NCBI GenBank assembly: GCA_022778905.1 | Contig: JALFRV010000083.1 | Coordinates: 1-61,144, forward strand | DNA length: 61,144 bases | Reading direction: 5' to 3' | From: Prevotella sp. | Lineage (GTDB): Bacteria > Bacteroidota > Bacteroidia > Bacteroidales > Bacteroidaceae | Shown: piece by piece, positions 1-11,700 of the stretch | Layout of the letters: the number at the start of each line of letters is the position of its first letter | Position numbering within the stretch: the stretch's first letter is position 1 | Position numbers and translations under genes: made by a program | Notes under the pieces: generated by a model | What the model saw: the letters and a program-made list of their open reading frames with translations, nothing else | Databases searched by the model: none | Told to the model about the DNA's origin: nothing

Positions 1-2
1 AG

Positions 3-944
3 AACGCCTCGGAGGGCTACGTGAAGGAACAACTGAAGCAGACAAAGGTCAGCACTGACGTCGACGCACACTACACGGCGCAAGACTGGGACGGCTTCCA
101 GAAACTCGTACAGGCATCGAACATCCAGGACAAAGATGTCATCCTGCGCGTCCTCTCGATGTATAAGGATCCGGAAGAGCGTGAATCCCAGATCCGCAAC
201 ATGAGCGAAGCGTTCCGCGAACTGGCTGACGGGATCCTGCCGGAGCTGCGCCGTTCGCGTCTGATCATCAACTACCAGACCGTCGGGCGCAGTGATGAGC
301 AGATCAAACAGACCTACGCCGAAGCACCCACAAAGCTGAACGTGAACGAGATGCTGTACGCAGCGACCCTCGAGAGCAATCCTGCGAAGAAGAAAGAGAT
401 CTATCAGCGCGCAGCCGAATACTTCGACAAGGACTACCGCGCCTACAACAACTTGGCCGTGATGGCATTCAACGAGGGCGACGAAGCTACGGCAAAGACT
501 TACATCGCACGTGCCCTGCGCCTCGATCCGAAGGCTCCCGAGCCACAGGCAAACCTCGGATTGATCGCCCTGAAGAACGGTTCGCTGGCTGAAGCCGAGA
601 ACTATTTGGCCAACGCCATTGACGCCAACGGCTTCGGCGAGGCACTTGGGAACCTCAATATTGCTAAAGGCAACTACGCCGCAGCTGTCGAAACCTTCGG
701 CGATTCCAATTCTAACAGCGCCGCGCTGGCTCAAATGCTGAACAAAGATTATGAATCTGCAAAGGCCACATTGAAGCGCGTGAAGAACGCCGACGCAATG
801 ACGAGCTACCTGCACGCCATCATCAGTGCGCGGCAGGGCAACAGCTACGCTGCCAACTCTTACCTTCAGGAAGCGCTCCAGAAAGATCCGACGCTGGCAG
901 ACTATGCCGCCAACGACCTGGAATTTGCATCCATCCGGAAATAA
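3..944 (+). CDS. Tetratricopeptide-repeat protein, 5'-truncated by the window edge
   Basis: Frame is open from position 3 to TAA at 944; TPR-like helices (AYNNLAVMAF...A..YIARALRLDP, ANLGLIAL..G...EAENYL). Confidence 0.8.
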   Translation, partial: NASEGYVKEQLKQTKVSTDVDAHYTAQDWDGFQKLVQASNIQDKDVILRVLSMYKDPEERESQIRNMSEAFRELADGILPELRRSRLIINYQTVGRSDEQIKQTYAEAPTKLNVNEMLYAATLESNPAKKKEIYQRAAEYFDKDYRAYNNLAVMAFNEGDEATAKTYIARALRLDPKAPEPQANLGLIALKNGSLAEAENYLANAIDANGFGEALGNLNIAKGNYAAAVETFGDSNSNSAALAQMLNKDYESAKATLKRVKNADAMTSYLHAIISARQGNSYAANSYLQEALQKDPTLADYAANDLEFASIRK

Positions 945-1945
945 TGAGCAAATATCTCACACTCTTTTGGCTCACGCTGGTTTTGGTGTCGTGCGGAACG
1001 GGCAACGATCAATTCAGTATCGAAGGTCGTCTCCGCCACCTCAACCAGGGTGAGTTTTACATTTACAGCCTCGCGGAAGGCATTGACGGCTGCGACACCA
1101 TCAAGGTGGAGAACGGCCGTTTCACGTATGAGCTTCCCTGTCAGAAGCCGATGACGCTCGTCATTGTGTTCCCCAACTTCTCCGAGCAACCTGTCTTTGC
1201 GGAGCCGGGCGAAGCCGTTACCATCAGCGGAGACGCCTCGCTGCTCAAGGAGATGACCGTCAAGGGCACGGAAGACAATGAACTCATGAACGACTTCCGA
1301 CAGCAGACCGCGAGCGCTTCACCACCTGAAATGGCCACATTTGCGGCCCGTTTCATCGAGGACCATCCCGAATCGCCGGTCAGCGAATATCTTCTCCGGA
1401 AATATTTCATCGTCTCCGTCAATCCCAAGTACCAGAAAGCGCGCCAGCTCATCGGCCTTATCGCCAAGGCGCAGCCCAAGAACGGCATGACCGTCCGCCT
1501 GACGAGGCAGCTCGACGCACTGTCCAAAAGCTCCGTGGGGCATCCACTTCCCGCCTTTAAGGCTTACGGCATCAACGGCGAGACGATCAATAAGTCCACC
1601 TTCGACAAGGCTTCTTACGGGCTCATCACGGTCTGGGCGTCGTGGAGCTACGAGAGTATGGACATCCAACGTGAGTTGCAAAGCGTCTCCAAACGGTCGC
1701 ACGGACAGCTGAAGATTGTCAGTGTCTGCGTCGATGCGAGCAAGAAGGAATGCCGGGAGACGCTGCGGCGCGACTCGGTCAGCTGGCTTACCGTCTGCGA
1801 TGAGCAGCTCATGGAAAGCCCCACATTGCATGCCCTCGGCCTCGGCCAAGTGCCTGACAACATCCTGCTCCATAACGGAAAGATCATCGCACGCAACCTC
1901 CCGAAAGAGGAACTGCAGAAGAAGCTCGTCCAACTCTTCCCCTGA
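944..1945 (+). CDS. DUF4369 / thioredoxin-fold (TlpA-like) lipoprotein lacking the CxxC motif
   Basis: Lipobox LVLVSC; C-terminal redoxin-like fold with WASWSYES in place of WASWCxxC; start overlaps the upstream stop (TAATG). Confidence 0.75.
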   Translation: MSKYLTLFWLTLVLVSCGTGNDQFSIEGRLRHLNQGEFYIYSLAEGIDGCDTIKVENGRFTYELPCQKPMTLVIVFPNFSEQPVFAEPGEAVTISGDASLLKEMTVKGTEDNELMNDFRQQTASASPPEMATFAARFIEDHPESPVSEYLLRKYFIVSVNPKYQKARQLIGLIAKAQPKNGMTVRLTRQLDALSKSSVGHPLPAFKAYGINGETINKSTFDKASYGLITVWASWSYESMDIQRELQSVSKRSHGQLKIVSVCVDASKKECRETLRRDSVSWLTVCDEQLMESPTLHALGLGQVPDNILLHNGKIIARNLPKEELQKKLVQLFP

Positions 1946-2022
1946 TCCGGCCGTGAGGGAGACAGCGACCGGAGACGCTTTCATTCTCCGGACTAACCTT
2001 CAATCTGAAAAGGCGTCATCAT

Positions 2023-3573
2023 ATGCTGGTCAAGACATTTTGCGCAGCCGTCAATGGACTTGAGGTAACAACCATCACCATTGAGGTAAGCCTCAACAAG
2101 GGAGTCGTCTATCATCTCACCGGACTCGGCGACGAAGCCGTCCGCGAGAGCAAGGACCGCATTGCGGCGGCCATGCAGTATAGCGGATTCCGGTTCCCCG
2201 TCGCTGATATCACCGTCAATCTGGCACCTGCCGACCTCCGCAAAGAGGGCAGCAGCTTCGACCTCCCGCTCGCCATCGCCATCCTGGCGGCCAACGCCAG
2301 CATCGAGACTGACCGGCTGCGCGACTACATGATGGTGGGTGAGCTGAGCTTGGACGGCCGACTGCAGCCCGTCAAAGGCGCCCTCCCGATCGCCATCCGC
2401 GCCCGAAAGGAGCACTTCAAAGGGCTCATCGTGCCGCGCGCCAATGTCCGCGAGGCCGCCGTGGTCAATGATCTCGACGTCTACGGCATGGGCTCCATGA
2501 CCGAGGTGATCCAGTTTCTGACCGGGCAGAAGGCCTTCGAGCCCACGGTCATCGACACCCGCAAGGAGTTCTACGAGCATCAGTACACCTTCGATCTCGA
2601 CTTCGCCGACGTGCGGGGACAGGAGAATGTGAAGCGCGCATTGGAGGTGGCGGCTGCCGGCGGACACAATCTGATCATGACGGGACCGCCGGGAAGCGGC
2701 AAGTCGATGATGGCCAAGCGCCTCCCGACGATCCTTCCGCCGCTTACGCTTGCCGAAAGTCTCGAGACCACACAGATCCACTCCATTGCCGGAAAGATCT
2801 CCAAGGACACCTCACTCATATCCCAACGGCCCTTCCGCGCACCCCATCACACCATCTCGGAGGTGGCCCTCGTCGGCGGCGGAGCGACGCCCATGCCCGG
2901 CGAGATCAGTCTGGCGCACAACGGAGTGCTGTTCACCGACGAACTGCCCGAATACAACCGTCACACGCTCGAGGTGCTCCGACAGCCGTTGGAAGACCGG
3001 CGCATCACCATCAGCCGGGCCAAATACACGGTGGAGTATCCCTGTTCGTTCATGTTTGTGGCCAGCATGAATCCCTGCCCTTGCGGCTACTACGGCGACC
3101 CGACGCACCATTGCGTCTGCACGCCGGGCCAGATCCAGCGCTACATGTCAAAGATCTCCGGTCCGCTCATGGACCGCATCGACATTCAGGTCGAGATCAC
3201 TCCCGTGCCCTTCCGCGACATCTCGAAGGCACAGCCGGGCGAACCGAGCGCCGCTATCCGCAACCGTGTCATCGCCGCGCGCGCCATCCAGACCGAACGG
3301 TTCAAGGAGGTGAAAGGCGTTCACTGCAACGCACAGATGAGCGAACGCCAGATCCACCGCTTCGCCGAGCCTGACGAAGCCGGCATAGAGATGCTCCGGA
3401 CAGCCATGGAAAGGCTGCATCTGAGCGCGCGGGCCTATAGCCGCATCCTGAAGGTAGCACGCACCATCGCCGACCTCGCCGCGTCGCCGGCCGTGCTGCC
3501 CGAACATCTTGCCGAGGCCATCGGCTACCGCCACCTCGACCGCGGCGACTGGGCGGAGCGCGGATACCGATAA
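2023..3573 (+). CDS. comM: YifB/ComM family Mg-chelatase-like AAA+ ATPase
   Basis: ITVNLAPADLRKEGSSFDLP, Walker A GPPGSGKS, PGEISLAHNGVLFTDE, MNPCPCGY, LSARAYSRILKVARTIADL. Confidence 0.93.
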   Translation: MLVKTFCAAVNGLEVTTITIEVSLNKGVVYHLTGLGDEAVRESKDRIAAAMQYSGFRFPVADITVNLAPADLRKEGSSFDLPLAIAILAANASIETDRLRDYMMVGELSLDGRLQPVKGALPIAIRARKEHFKGLIVPRANVREAAVVNDLDVYGMGSMTEVIQFLTGQKAFEPTVIDTRKEFYEHQYTFDLDFADVRGQENVKRALEVAAAGGHNLIMTGPPGSGKSMMAKRLPTILPPLTLAESLETTQIHSIAGKISKDTSLISQRPFRAPHHTISEVALVGGGATPMPGEISLAHNGVLFTDELPEYNRHTLEVLRQPLEDRRITISRAKYTVEYPCSFMFVASMNPCPCGYYGDPTHHCVCTPGQIQRYMSKISGPLMDRIDIQVEITPVPFRDISKAQPGEPSAAIRNRVIAARAIQTERFKEVKGVHCNAQMSERQIHRFAEPDEAGIEMLRTAMERLHLSARAYSRILKVARTIADLAASPAVLPEHLAEAIGYRHLDRGDWAERGYR

Positions 3574-3586
3574 AATCTTCCCCATT

Positions 3587-4240
3587 ATGCATATCATCAC
3601 CAATCCCATCCGACGGCTCACCTTGCTGCTCCTGCTCACGGTGACGCTCACGACAGGCGCCCAGGGCGAGTGGAACGACTACAGCCTCAGCGACAGCATC
3701 GTGCGCTACCAGGGGCAGGTGCTGCCCGATGCCGACGCCGCCACGTTCCGCGAGTTGGGCTTCGGCTATGCCAAAGACCGCTACAATGTCTACCGTCACG
3801 GCGAGATCCTTGAGTTTGTCGACCCCTCTACGTTCCGTGTCGATGCCCGGTTCACGCGCCGTCACAGGCTCGGAACGTCTCCGCAGCCCCCGCGCACCGC
3901 TGCCACGGAGCGGCCGACGACGCACAAGGCCACAGCCGAAAGCCCGACGAAGCGGACCGGCACGATCGATCTGCTCGGCAGCTTAGGGCCTGACGAGAGC
4001 GGCGAATACAAGGTGTCGGCCGGCCGCGTGACCTATGAGGGCCAACCGGTGAAGGGCGCCGACGCCGCCACCTTTGAAGTCCTCAAGGCCGGCTATGCCC
4101 GCGACCGCCGCGCAGCCTACTATCACGGCCGCCGCATCCGCAACGCTCTCGGCGGCAGGCGATTCCGTTACCTGACCGACGACTATGCCACCGACGGCGT
4201 CCGGACCTACTTCAAGGGCAACGAGGTGAGCCGCGACTGA
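3587..4240 (+). CDS. Secreted DKNYY-repeat-like protein
   Basis: Signal peptide; two ADAATF..L..GYA(K/R)D...Y repeat blocks joined by a Pro/Thr-rich linker; ATG 3587 chosen over the longer ORF overlapping comM. Confidence 0.7.
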   Translation: MHIITNPIRRLTLLLLLTVTLTTGAQGEWNDYSLSDSIVRYQGQVLPDADAATFRELGFGYAKDRYNVYRHGEILEFVDPSTFRVDARFTRRHRLGTSPQPPRTAATERPTTHKATAESPTKRTGTIDLLGSLGPDESGEYKVSAGRVTYEGQPVKGADAATFEVLKAGYARDRRAAYYHGRRIRNALGGRRFRYLTDDYATDGVRTYFKGNEVSRD

Positions 4241-4351
4241 CCGCCGAAGCCTCCCTGCGCCCATCCCTTCCGGACGCACTCAGCCGGCCGAGGGACAATT
4301 TTCACAAGTCGTTGATTATCATATGGTTTATACGTATGTCCAAAACGGCCT

Positions 4352-4438
4352 GCGCAGAGCTATGCTTTCGGCCGTCCATATGATAGCTCCGGGCGCTCCA
4401 AAGCATAGCTTTCGGCCGCCCGGAGCATAGCTCTGCGC
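4352..4438. repeat. 87-bp four-box element, copy A
   Basis: GCGC-AGAGCTATGCTTT-CGGCCGTCC-ATATGATAGCTCC-GGGCGCTCC-AAAGCATAGCTTT-CGGCCGCCC-GGAGCATAGCTCT-GCGC; 22-bp pitch. Confidence 0.92.
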
Positions 4439-4647
4439 CAGCCATAGTTATCATCCCGTTTCGGTACCCCTCACGAGTGCTTCCACCGAAGCCCGAAAGC
4501 ACACTTCCGGGACCATTTTTCCGCCCCGTCCCGCGCATCCCTCCACCGCTTCCCCGTCATCCTTCCCATAAGCCGGCCAAATCTCTCCAGACAGCCCTGT
4601 GCATGGATATTTTCCCGGCAAAAACACCATATCTCGATAATATTTCG

Positions 4648-4655
4648 TATTTTTG
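4648..4655 (+). promoter_or_regulatory. Bacteroidetes sigma-A -7 box for metG
   Basis: TATTTTTG matches TAnnTTTG, 27 nt upstream of the ATG. Confidence 0.6.
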
Positions 4656-4682
4656 CACGCAGAAGCAATTATCGACAAACAA

Positions 4683-6758
4683 ATGGAAAACAAGAAATTC
4701 AAGCGCACCACCGTCACTGCGGCCCTGCCCTATGCCAACGGCGGTGTCCACATCGGCCACCTGGCCGGCGTGTATGTGCCGTCCGATATCTACGTCCGTT
4801 ATCTCCGTCTGAAGAAGGAGGACGTCATCTTCATCGGCGGAAGCGACGAGCACGGCGTGCCCATCACGCTCCGCGCCAAGAAGGAAGGATGCACCCCGCA
4901 GGACATCTGCGACCGTTACCACAAGCTGATCAAGGACTCTTTCGCCGAGTTCGGCATCTCCTTCGACATCTACAGCCGCACCACGTCGAAGATTCACCAT
5001 CAGTTCGCGGCCGACTTCTTCCGCAAGCTCTACGACGACGGCAAGCTCGTCGAACAGGAAACCGAGCAATACTATGACGAGGAAGCCCACCAGTTCCTCG
5101 CCGACCGATACATCATGGGCACCTGTCCCCATTGCGGCAACCCCGGCGCTTACGGCGACCAGTGCGAGAAGTGCGGCTCCGACCTCTCGCCGATGGAGCT
5201 CATCGAGCCTCACTCGACGATCTCCGGGTCGAAGCCCGTGATCAGGAAGACGCGCAACTGGTATCTTCCGCTCAACGAATATCAGGACTGGCTGAAGCGC
5301 TGGATACTCGAAGGCCACCAGGAATGGCGGTCCAACGTCTACGGACAGTGCAAGAGCTGGCTCGACATGGACCTGCAGCCGCGTGCCATGACGCGCGACT
5401 TGGACTGGGGGATCCCCGTTCCCGTGGAGGGCGCAGAGGGCAAGGTGCTCTACGTCTGGTTTGATGCGCCCATCGGATACATCAGCAACACGAAGGAATT
5501 ATGCGACGCCGACCCCGACCGCTGGGGCTCCTGGCAGCAGTGGTGGCAGGACTCCGACACCCGCCTGGTCCACTTCATCGGCAAGGACAACATCGTCTTC
5601 CACTGCCTGATCTTCCCCACCATGCTCCGGGCACACGGCGACTACATCCTCCCCGACAACGTTCCGGCCAACGAATTCCTCAACCTCGAGAACGACAAGA
5701 TCAGCACCTCGCGCAACTGGGCCGTATGGCTCCACGAGTATCTCGTCGACTTTCCCGGCAAGCAGGACGTGCTCCGCTATGTCCTCACCGCCAACGCGCC
5801 GGAGACGAAGGACAACAACTTCACCTGGAAAGACTTCCAGGAGCGCAACAACAGCGAGCTCGTTGCCATATACGGAAACTTCGTCAACCGCGCCCTCCAG
5901 CTGACCAAGAAATACTGGGACGGCATCGTTCCGGCCTGCGGAACACTCCTCGACGTCGACCGTCAGGCCATCCAGGAGTTCAAGGACGTCAAGGACAAGC
6001 TCGAGACTTACCTCGACGCGTTCAAGTTCCGCGAAGCTCAGAAAGAGGCGATGAACCTCGCCCGCATCGGCAACCGATACATCACCGAGTGCGAGCCGTG
6101 GAAAGTGTGGAAGACAGACCCCGCACGCGTCGAGACCATCCTCAACATCTCCCTCCAGCTCGTGGCCAACCTCGCCATCGCCTTCGAGCCTTTCCTGCCC
6201 TTCTCGAGCCAAGATCTGCGCACCATGATCAACATGGAAAGCTTCGAATGGGGGCAGCTCGGAAGCACCGATCTGCTCCGCGCCGGCCATCAGCTGGCCG
6301 AACCGCACCTGCTCTTCGAGAAGATCGAAGACGACACCATCCAGCTCCAGCTCGACAAGCTCGAAGCCACGAAGAAGGCAAACGAGGCCAATGCCGCTGC
6401 CGACAACTATCAGGCGGCACCCGTGAAGGACATCATCGCCTTCGACGAATTTGAGAAGTTGGACATCCGCGTCGGCCATGTCAAGGCCTGCGAGAAGGTG
6501 AAACACAGCAGCAAACTGCTCCGCTTCACCATCGACGACGGCTCCGGGCACGACCGGACCATCCTCTCCGGCATCGCCAGATACTATCAGCCCGAAGACC
6601 TCACGGGCCGCGACGTGCTCTTTATCGCCAACCTCGCGCCCCGCACGATGATGGGCATCAAGAGCCAGGGCATGATCCTCTCGGCCGAAAACGCGGACGG
6701 CACCCTCAGCGTCACGACCACCCTCGGCACCGTGAAGCCTGGTTCGCAGGTGAAATGA
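4683..6758 (+). CDS. metG: Methionine--tRNA ligase
   Basis: [13 protein letters not shown] (HIGH), zinc knuckle CPHC...CEKC, KISTS (KMSKS-like), C-terminal tRNA-binding OB domain. Confidence 0.97.
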   Translation: MENKKFKRTTVTAALPYANGGVHIGHLAGVYVPSDIYVRYLRLKKEDVIFIGGSDEHGVPITLRAKKEGCTPQDICDRYHKLIKDSFAEFGISFDIYSRTTSKIHHQFAADFFRKLYDDGKLVEQETEQYYDEEAHQFLADRYIMGTCPHCGNPGAYGDQCEKCGSDLSPMELIEPHSTISGSKPVIRKTRNWYLPLNEYQDWLKRWILEGHQEWRSNVYGQCKSWLDMDLQPRAMTRDLDWGIPVPVEGAEGKVLYVWFDAPIGYISNTKELCDADPDRWGSWQQWWQDSDTRLVHFIGKDNIVFHCLIFPTMLRAHGDYILPDNVPANEFLNLENDKISTSRNWAVWLHEYLVDFPGKQDVLRYVLTANAPETKDNNFTWKDFQERNNSELVAIYGNFVNRALQLTKKYWDGIVPACGTLLDVDRQAIQEFKDVKDKLETYLDAFKFREAQKEAMNLARIGNRYITECEPWKVWKTDPARVETILNISLQLVANLAIAFEPFLPFSSQDLRTMINMESFEWGQLGSTDLLRAGHQLAEPHLLFEKIEDDTIQLQLDKLEATKKANEANAAADNYQAAPVKDIIAFDEFEKLDIRVGHVKACEKVKHSSKLLRFTIDDGSGHDRTILSGIARYYQPEDLTGRDVLFIANLAPRTMMGIKSQGMILSAENADGTLSVTTTLGTVKPGSQVK

Positions 6759-6788
6759 CAGCCGGATCGGAAAACAGGAAATAAGGAC

Positions 6789-6817
6789 CGGGGAAGTGGG
6801 CATGCTCCACTTCCCCG
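6789..6817 (+). terminator. Stem-loop after metG
   Basis: CGGGGAAGTGG / CCACTTCCCCG 11-bp stem; weak U-tail, so read-through is possible. Confidence 0.55.
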
Positions 6818-6856
6818 ACCTTGAGTGGCTTTCCTTGGAGCCTCAATCGCCCGTCC

Positions 6857-7363
6857 ATGATCAACGAACAAGTATATGAGCGTCTCTTCAGGGACAACTA
6901 TGCGAAACTCTACTATTTCGCATACGACTTTGTCGGCGATATAGACATTGCAAGAGATATCGTCAGCGATGTCTTCGTGATGGTTTGGGACAAAAGGAAT
7001 GAAATGGATCCGGGCAGCAACCTGCCCGGCTACCTCTACAAGAGTGTCAGAAACAAATGCCTGAACCACCTCCAACGCACTCCCCATGACTTGCACTTCA
7101 ATGACCTGATCGAACTTTCGCTGAAAACAGAAGACACAGACCAACTGCTCCAAATGGAAGACCGCATAGCCGAGATGAACGTCGTCATCGACGGAATGTC
7201 GCCCCGGACGCGCCACGTACTGCAGGAATGCTATTACAACAATCACTCTTACCGGGAGGTGGCCGACGCGCTCGGCATCACCGTTGACGGCATCAAGAAG
7301 CATATCGTCAAGGCAATGGCCCTGCTGAGAGACCACTTTAATGTGAAAAAACAAAAAAAATGA
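6857..7363 (+). CDS. ECF sigma-70 factor (Bacteroides expansion type)
   Basis: YERLFRDNYAKLYYFA...ARDIVSDVFVMVW...YLYKSVRNKCLNHL; region 4 SYREVADALGITVDGIKKHIVKAM. Confidence 0.92.
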   Translation: MINEQVYERLFRDNYAKLYYFAYDFVGDIDIARDIVSDVFVMVWDKRNEMDPGSNLPGYLYKSVRNKCLNHLQRTPHDLHFNDLIELSLKTEDTDQLLQMEDRIAEMNVVIDGMSPRTRHVLQECYYNNHSYREVADALGITVDGIKKHIVKAMALLRDHFNVKKQKK

Positions 7364-7387
7364 TACCCTTTCCGCAGTGTCGGGGTA
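7364..7387 (+). promoter_or_regulatory. Putative ECF-dependent promoter upstream of fecR
   Basis: TACCCTTT-N8-TCnGnGTA, also present at 8719-8742 upstream of susC. Confidence 0.5.
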
Positions 7388-7407
7388 TTATAGGAAGAGA
7401 TGTCCTC

Positions 7408-8463
7408 ATGACACGAAAGGCTGATCCATCCAGAACTGACATGGACGAAGAAAGAAACGAAGACATGCGGCAGATGCCTGACAGGCGCGAACAGCTCGAC
7501 CTGCGACGGGCCTTTGTACGCCGGAACATAGCCGTTCCGGATACAGACGCGGCATGGCAGCAGGTGAAAGACCGGACACGCATGGAGGTTACAGACGCTG
7601 AAAACCGCCGCCGCGCATCATGGCGGCAACTTGTGCTTGCCATCGGCGCTGTCGCTGCAGGCATCCTCGGGTTCGTCCTGTTGATTCGTCCTTCAGGCCA
7701 GGAAGCCACCCCCCGTCAGGTGTTCACTGCCAACCGGGAAACGCAGGCCATCACGGTGACCGCCGACGGACAGCCGTATGCGGTCAGCAAACCGGCCATC
7801 AGCTTTTTCAAGACAAACGCATCCGGCACAGTGCATGACATGGCCGTCAGCACGTCACGCGGCAAGGACTGCCGCCTGACACTGCCCGACAGTTCAACGG
7901 TGTGGCTCAACGCGGAGAGCAAAATCGAGTTTCCGGAACGGTTCACAGGCAACGAACGCCGGGTGAAAGTGATCGGAGAGGCCTACTTTGAAGTGAAGAA
8001 GGATGCCCGCCGGCCCTTTATCGTCGAGGCAAACGCCCTTCAGGCCACCGTTCTCGGAACCTCTTTCAACGTGCGCGCTTATGACGAAGCAAAGACAGAG
8101 GTCGCCCTCGTCGAAGGCAGCATCAAGGTGACCGGCGGCGGAAGCAGTCTGCTCATCCGTCCGGGACAGCAGGCTGTCATGCAGGCAGGACATCCGCTGC
8201 AGGCGGCCGACATAGACGTCTACCCGCTGATCCAATGGAAGGACGGCCTCTTCTATTACGACAACATGCCCCTGAAGAATATCATGCAGGACATGGGACG
8301 ATGGTACAACATCAACATCGTTTTCGAGAACCCGCAGAAGATGTCTGTCAACCTGCACTTTGTTGCCGAACGCGCCTCCTCCCTGCCGGACATGATCCGC
8401 TGCCTGAATGCGCTGGAAGTGGCCGTGTTTACGGTCGAAGGCAATGCCATCGTAGTCAGGTAG
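7408..8463 (+). CDS. FecR family anti-sigma factor
   Basis: One TM helix, then LTLPDSSTVWLNAESKIEFPERF, GEAYFEVKKD..RPFIV, VLGTSFNVRAY, WKDGLFYY. Start uncertain (7360/7408/7441). Confidence 0.92.
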   Translation: MTRKADPSRTDMDEERNEDMRQMPDRREQLDLRRAFVRRNIAVPDTDAAWQQVKDRTRMEVTDAENRRRASWRQLVLAIGAVAAGILGFVLLIRPSGQEATPRQVFTANRETQAITVTADGQPYAVSKPAISFFKTNASGTVHDMAVSTSRGKDCRLTLPDSSTVWLNAESKIEFPERFTGNERRVKVIGEAYFEVKKDARRPFIVEANALQATVLGTSFNVRAYDEAKTEVALVEGSIKVTGGGSSLLIRPGQQAVMQAGHPLQAADIDVYPLIQWKDGLFYYDNMPLKNIMQDMGRWYNINIVFENPQKMSVNLHFVAERASSLPDMIRCLNALEVAVFTVEGNAIVVR

Positions 8464-8718
8464 GCCGACGCCACGCAGTTTCTCCACCCCCGCCCCCGAT
8501 GATGCGCCTGCGCCGCAAAGGCCACATCTGAACCCGTCATACGTATTCACGCTTTGCCAGTACCGGCATTTTTCAGGCCCGGAGCCACCGTCTGGGCACG
8601 GCCGGACAATGGTTTCCGAGCCTCTGCAACATCCTGTCCTGCAACGATCCACGCACAGCTGCAACCGGAGGACAATGCCGTTCGCGCCTCATATTGATAT
8701 TTTTTTTGCATTTTCCAG

Positions 8719-8742
8719 TACCCTTTATGACAATTCTGTGTA
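8719..8742 (+). promoter_or_regulatory. Putative ECF-dependent promoter upstream of susC
   Basis: TACCCTTTATGACAATTCTGTGTA; same spacing and motif as 7364-7387. Confidence 0.5.
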
Positions 8743-8782
8743 AAGGAGAGTGAAGAAGCAACCATTTATTAATAGCATACTT

Positions 8783-11700
8783 ATGAATCGAAAAGCACTT
8801 TTCACCATCATTTCGCTGATAGGCTTATGGCTTCCAGTGGATCTTCCGGCACAAAACACCGGAAACAAAATCACGCTCAACGCAAAGGAAATGGCCTTGG
8901 TCAAAGCGCTGAACCAAGTAGAAAGACAATCGGGATACTACAAGATGAACTACAGCGTGGATGACCTGAGAGGCTATCACGTGACGGCCGACATCCGCGA
9001 AGCCACAGTCCCGCAGGCTGTGGAACAGCTGATCCACGGCCTGCCGCTCCACTACGCAATCAACGGACGGCTGGTCGTCATCCGCAAACAGCAGCGCACC
9101 GTGGAGGAAAACATAGTTGCGCCTTCCGTAAGCGGACGGGTCATCGACTCCGAAGGCGAGCCCTTGACAGGCGTAACCGTAAAAGTGAAAGGCACGGACA
9201 CCGGCGTCATTACCGACACGGATGGAAACTACACGCTGCAAGGGGCGCAGAAAGGCGACCTGCTGGAGTTTTCCTACATCGGAAAGCAGACCCTTGAACG
9301 CAGGATAAACGGCAAACAGATGACCATTATACTCGAAGACGATGCCCAAATGCTGAAAGATGTAGTGGTCACAGGCTATCAGACGATCTCGAAGGAAAGG
9401 GCTACGGGAAGCTTTGCAAACGTGACTGCCGAAGACCTGAAAGGCAAACGCTACGGCAACCTGTCGCAACTGCTCGAAGGAGAGATCGCCGGTTTCAACA
9501 CCAATAGCGGACTCATCCGCGGCACGACGACCATGAACGGCGTCACGCAGCCACTCTATGTCATCGATGGATTCCCCGTCGAGAATACCTCTTATAATAA
9601 ATACGGAAGCCTGGAGGAACGGCTTCCGAACCTCACGGTCGAGGACATCGAAAGCATCACCGTACTGAAAGACGCTGCGGCAGCCAGCATCTACGGCGCC
9701 AGAGCAGCCAACGGCGTCGTGGTCATCGTCACCAAGAAAGCCCGGAAAGGACAGAAAGCAGCTATCAGCTTTGACGCTTCACTGACCTGGCATCCATACA
9801 GCTTCCACGAAAAGCGGCTCACCGATGCCGCGGCAATCATCGGACTCGAGCGCCAATGGGCTTCGGACAACCCCAATCTTCAGGGATCAGACGCACAGAC
9901 TTATGCCCAAAGCCTCATCGACAACAAGGTCTACACCTCGCAAGGAATCCTCAACATCCTCGACTGTTATGCCGGAAACCAGACACAGACGCAGATGGAG
10001 AGCAAGCTTGCCGCACTCGCCGCCCGCGGCTACCAATACTATAAGGATGTGGAAAAATATGCCAAACGTGACGCACTCTATCAACAATATCATCTCAGTG
10101 TGGGGCACGGCGCCGAACGCAACAACTTCATGGCCAGCATATCCTATAGAAACAACAAGATGAATGACAAATTCACCAGCGACAACAGTTGGGGAGCAGA
10201 CCTGAAAGACATGCTCGACGTCACGTCCCGGATACATTTGGAAGCCGGCGCATACTTGTATTTCCAGAAAGCGAACGACCAGACTTTCGATCCCATGAAC
10301 CCCTCTTACAGCTACATGCCCTATGACCGGCTCGTCGATGAAGACGGCTCACCCTATGTCTATACGCAGGAGAGCAGGCTGAGAAAGTCGACTTTGGACA
10401 TCATCCGCAACAACAGTCTCTACAACATGGACATCACCCCCATGGAGGAGATAGGACGTAACATCCGAACGACCAACACCTTTACCAGCCGGACTCACCT
10501 GAAACTGAACCTCGACATCACCGGATGGCTGAAATACAACATCATGTTTCAGTACGGATATGGCACCGTCAAAGGCGCCCAACTATACGACCGGAACTCC
10601 TACTACGTCCGCAACCTCGTCAATCAGTATGCAACCCATACCAATACAGGCACCGTCTTCAACGTCCCATACGGCCATATCTACTACCGGGAAAGCAATA
10701 CGACGAAGTCATATACATTCCGTCAGCAGCTCAACTTAGACAAGACGTTCGCCGACAGGCACAATATCGTTGCCCTGCTGGGTCATGAAGTGAGGAAGAA
10801 CATTGTCGATTACGACAACTCCACGCTATATAACTACGATCCGGAGATGCTCACCTTCTCGCTCATAGAACAGAACACGCTCAACCAGACCGCCGGGCTG
10901 ATGGGAGGAAATGGTCTTACAGCGCACGATTTCACTTACCTCCGCTATGTCGACAACCGCTACATCTCGTTCTATATGAATGCTGCCTACACCTTTGATG
11001 ACCGCTACATGGCCAGCGCAAGCATCCGCTGGGATCGCAGCAATCTATGGGGGACGAGCTCGAAGTATCAGAAAAAACCGATCTGGTCAATAGGAGGGGC
11101 ATGGAACATGAACAAGGAGCAATGGTTTGATGTATCCTGGATAGACCGCTTAAAGCTCCGCGTCTCCCACGGAATAGCCGGAAACGTGGCCAAGGATGCA
11201 GCTCCGTACATGACGGCTACCTACACCCCGAACTACAATGTTGGCGGGACCAAGGGAAGTATCAGTGCCCGGCCCAATCCGAACCTGCGCTGGGAGAAGA
11301 CCACGACAACCAATATCGCGCTCGACTTCGCTCTCCTCAAAAACCGGGTAGACGGCTCTGTCGAGTACTATGACAAGCGCGGCAGCGACCTACTGGCCAA
11401 CACGATGGGCGTTCCGACCGAAGGTTTCGGCTACAGCACGTACAAGATCAACAACGGGAAGATGACAAACAAAGGCGTGGAACTGACATTGAACGGACGC
11501 ATCGTGCAGACACGGGATTTCGGTTTCAATGCTTCGGTCGCATATAGTCATAATAATAATAAGGTGACTTATGTGAACGTAACCGCCCCGATATACATTC
11601 TGCAGTTCGATTATCCAGAAGTTTATCCGGTCGTAGGCAATCCCTACACCTCGCTTTACGCATATAAGTGGGCCGGACTGAGCAAGGATGGACTTCCTCA

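Noticed and set aside
7346-7360. A-rich tract at the end of the ECF gene as a phase-variation switch
   Set aside because: It is interrupted by C and encodes only the final Lys-rich residues; fecR probably starts downstream.
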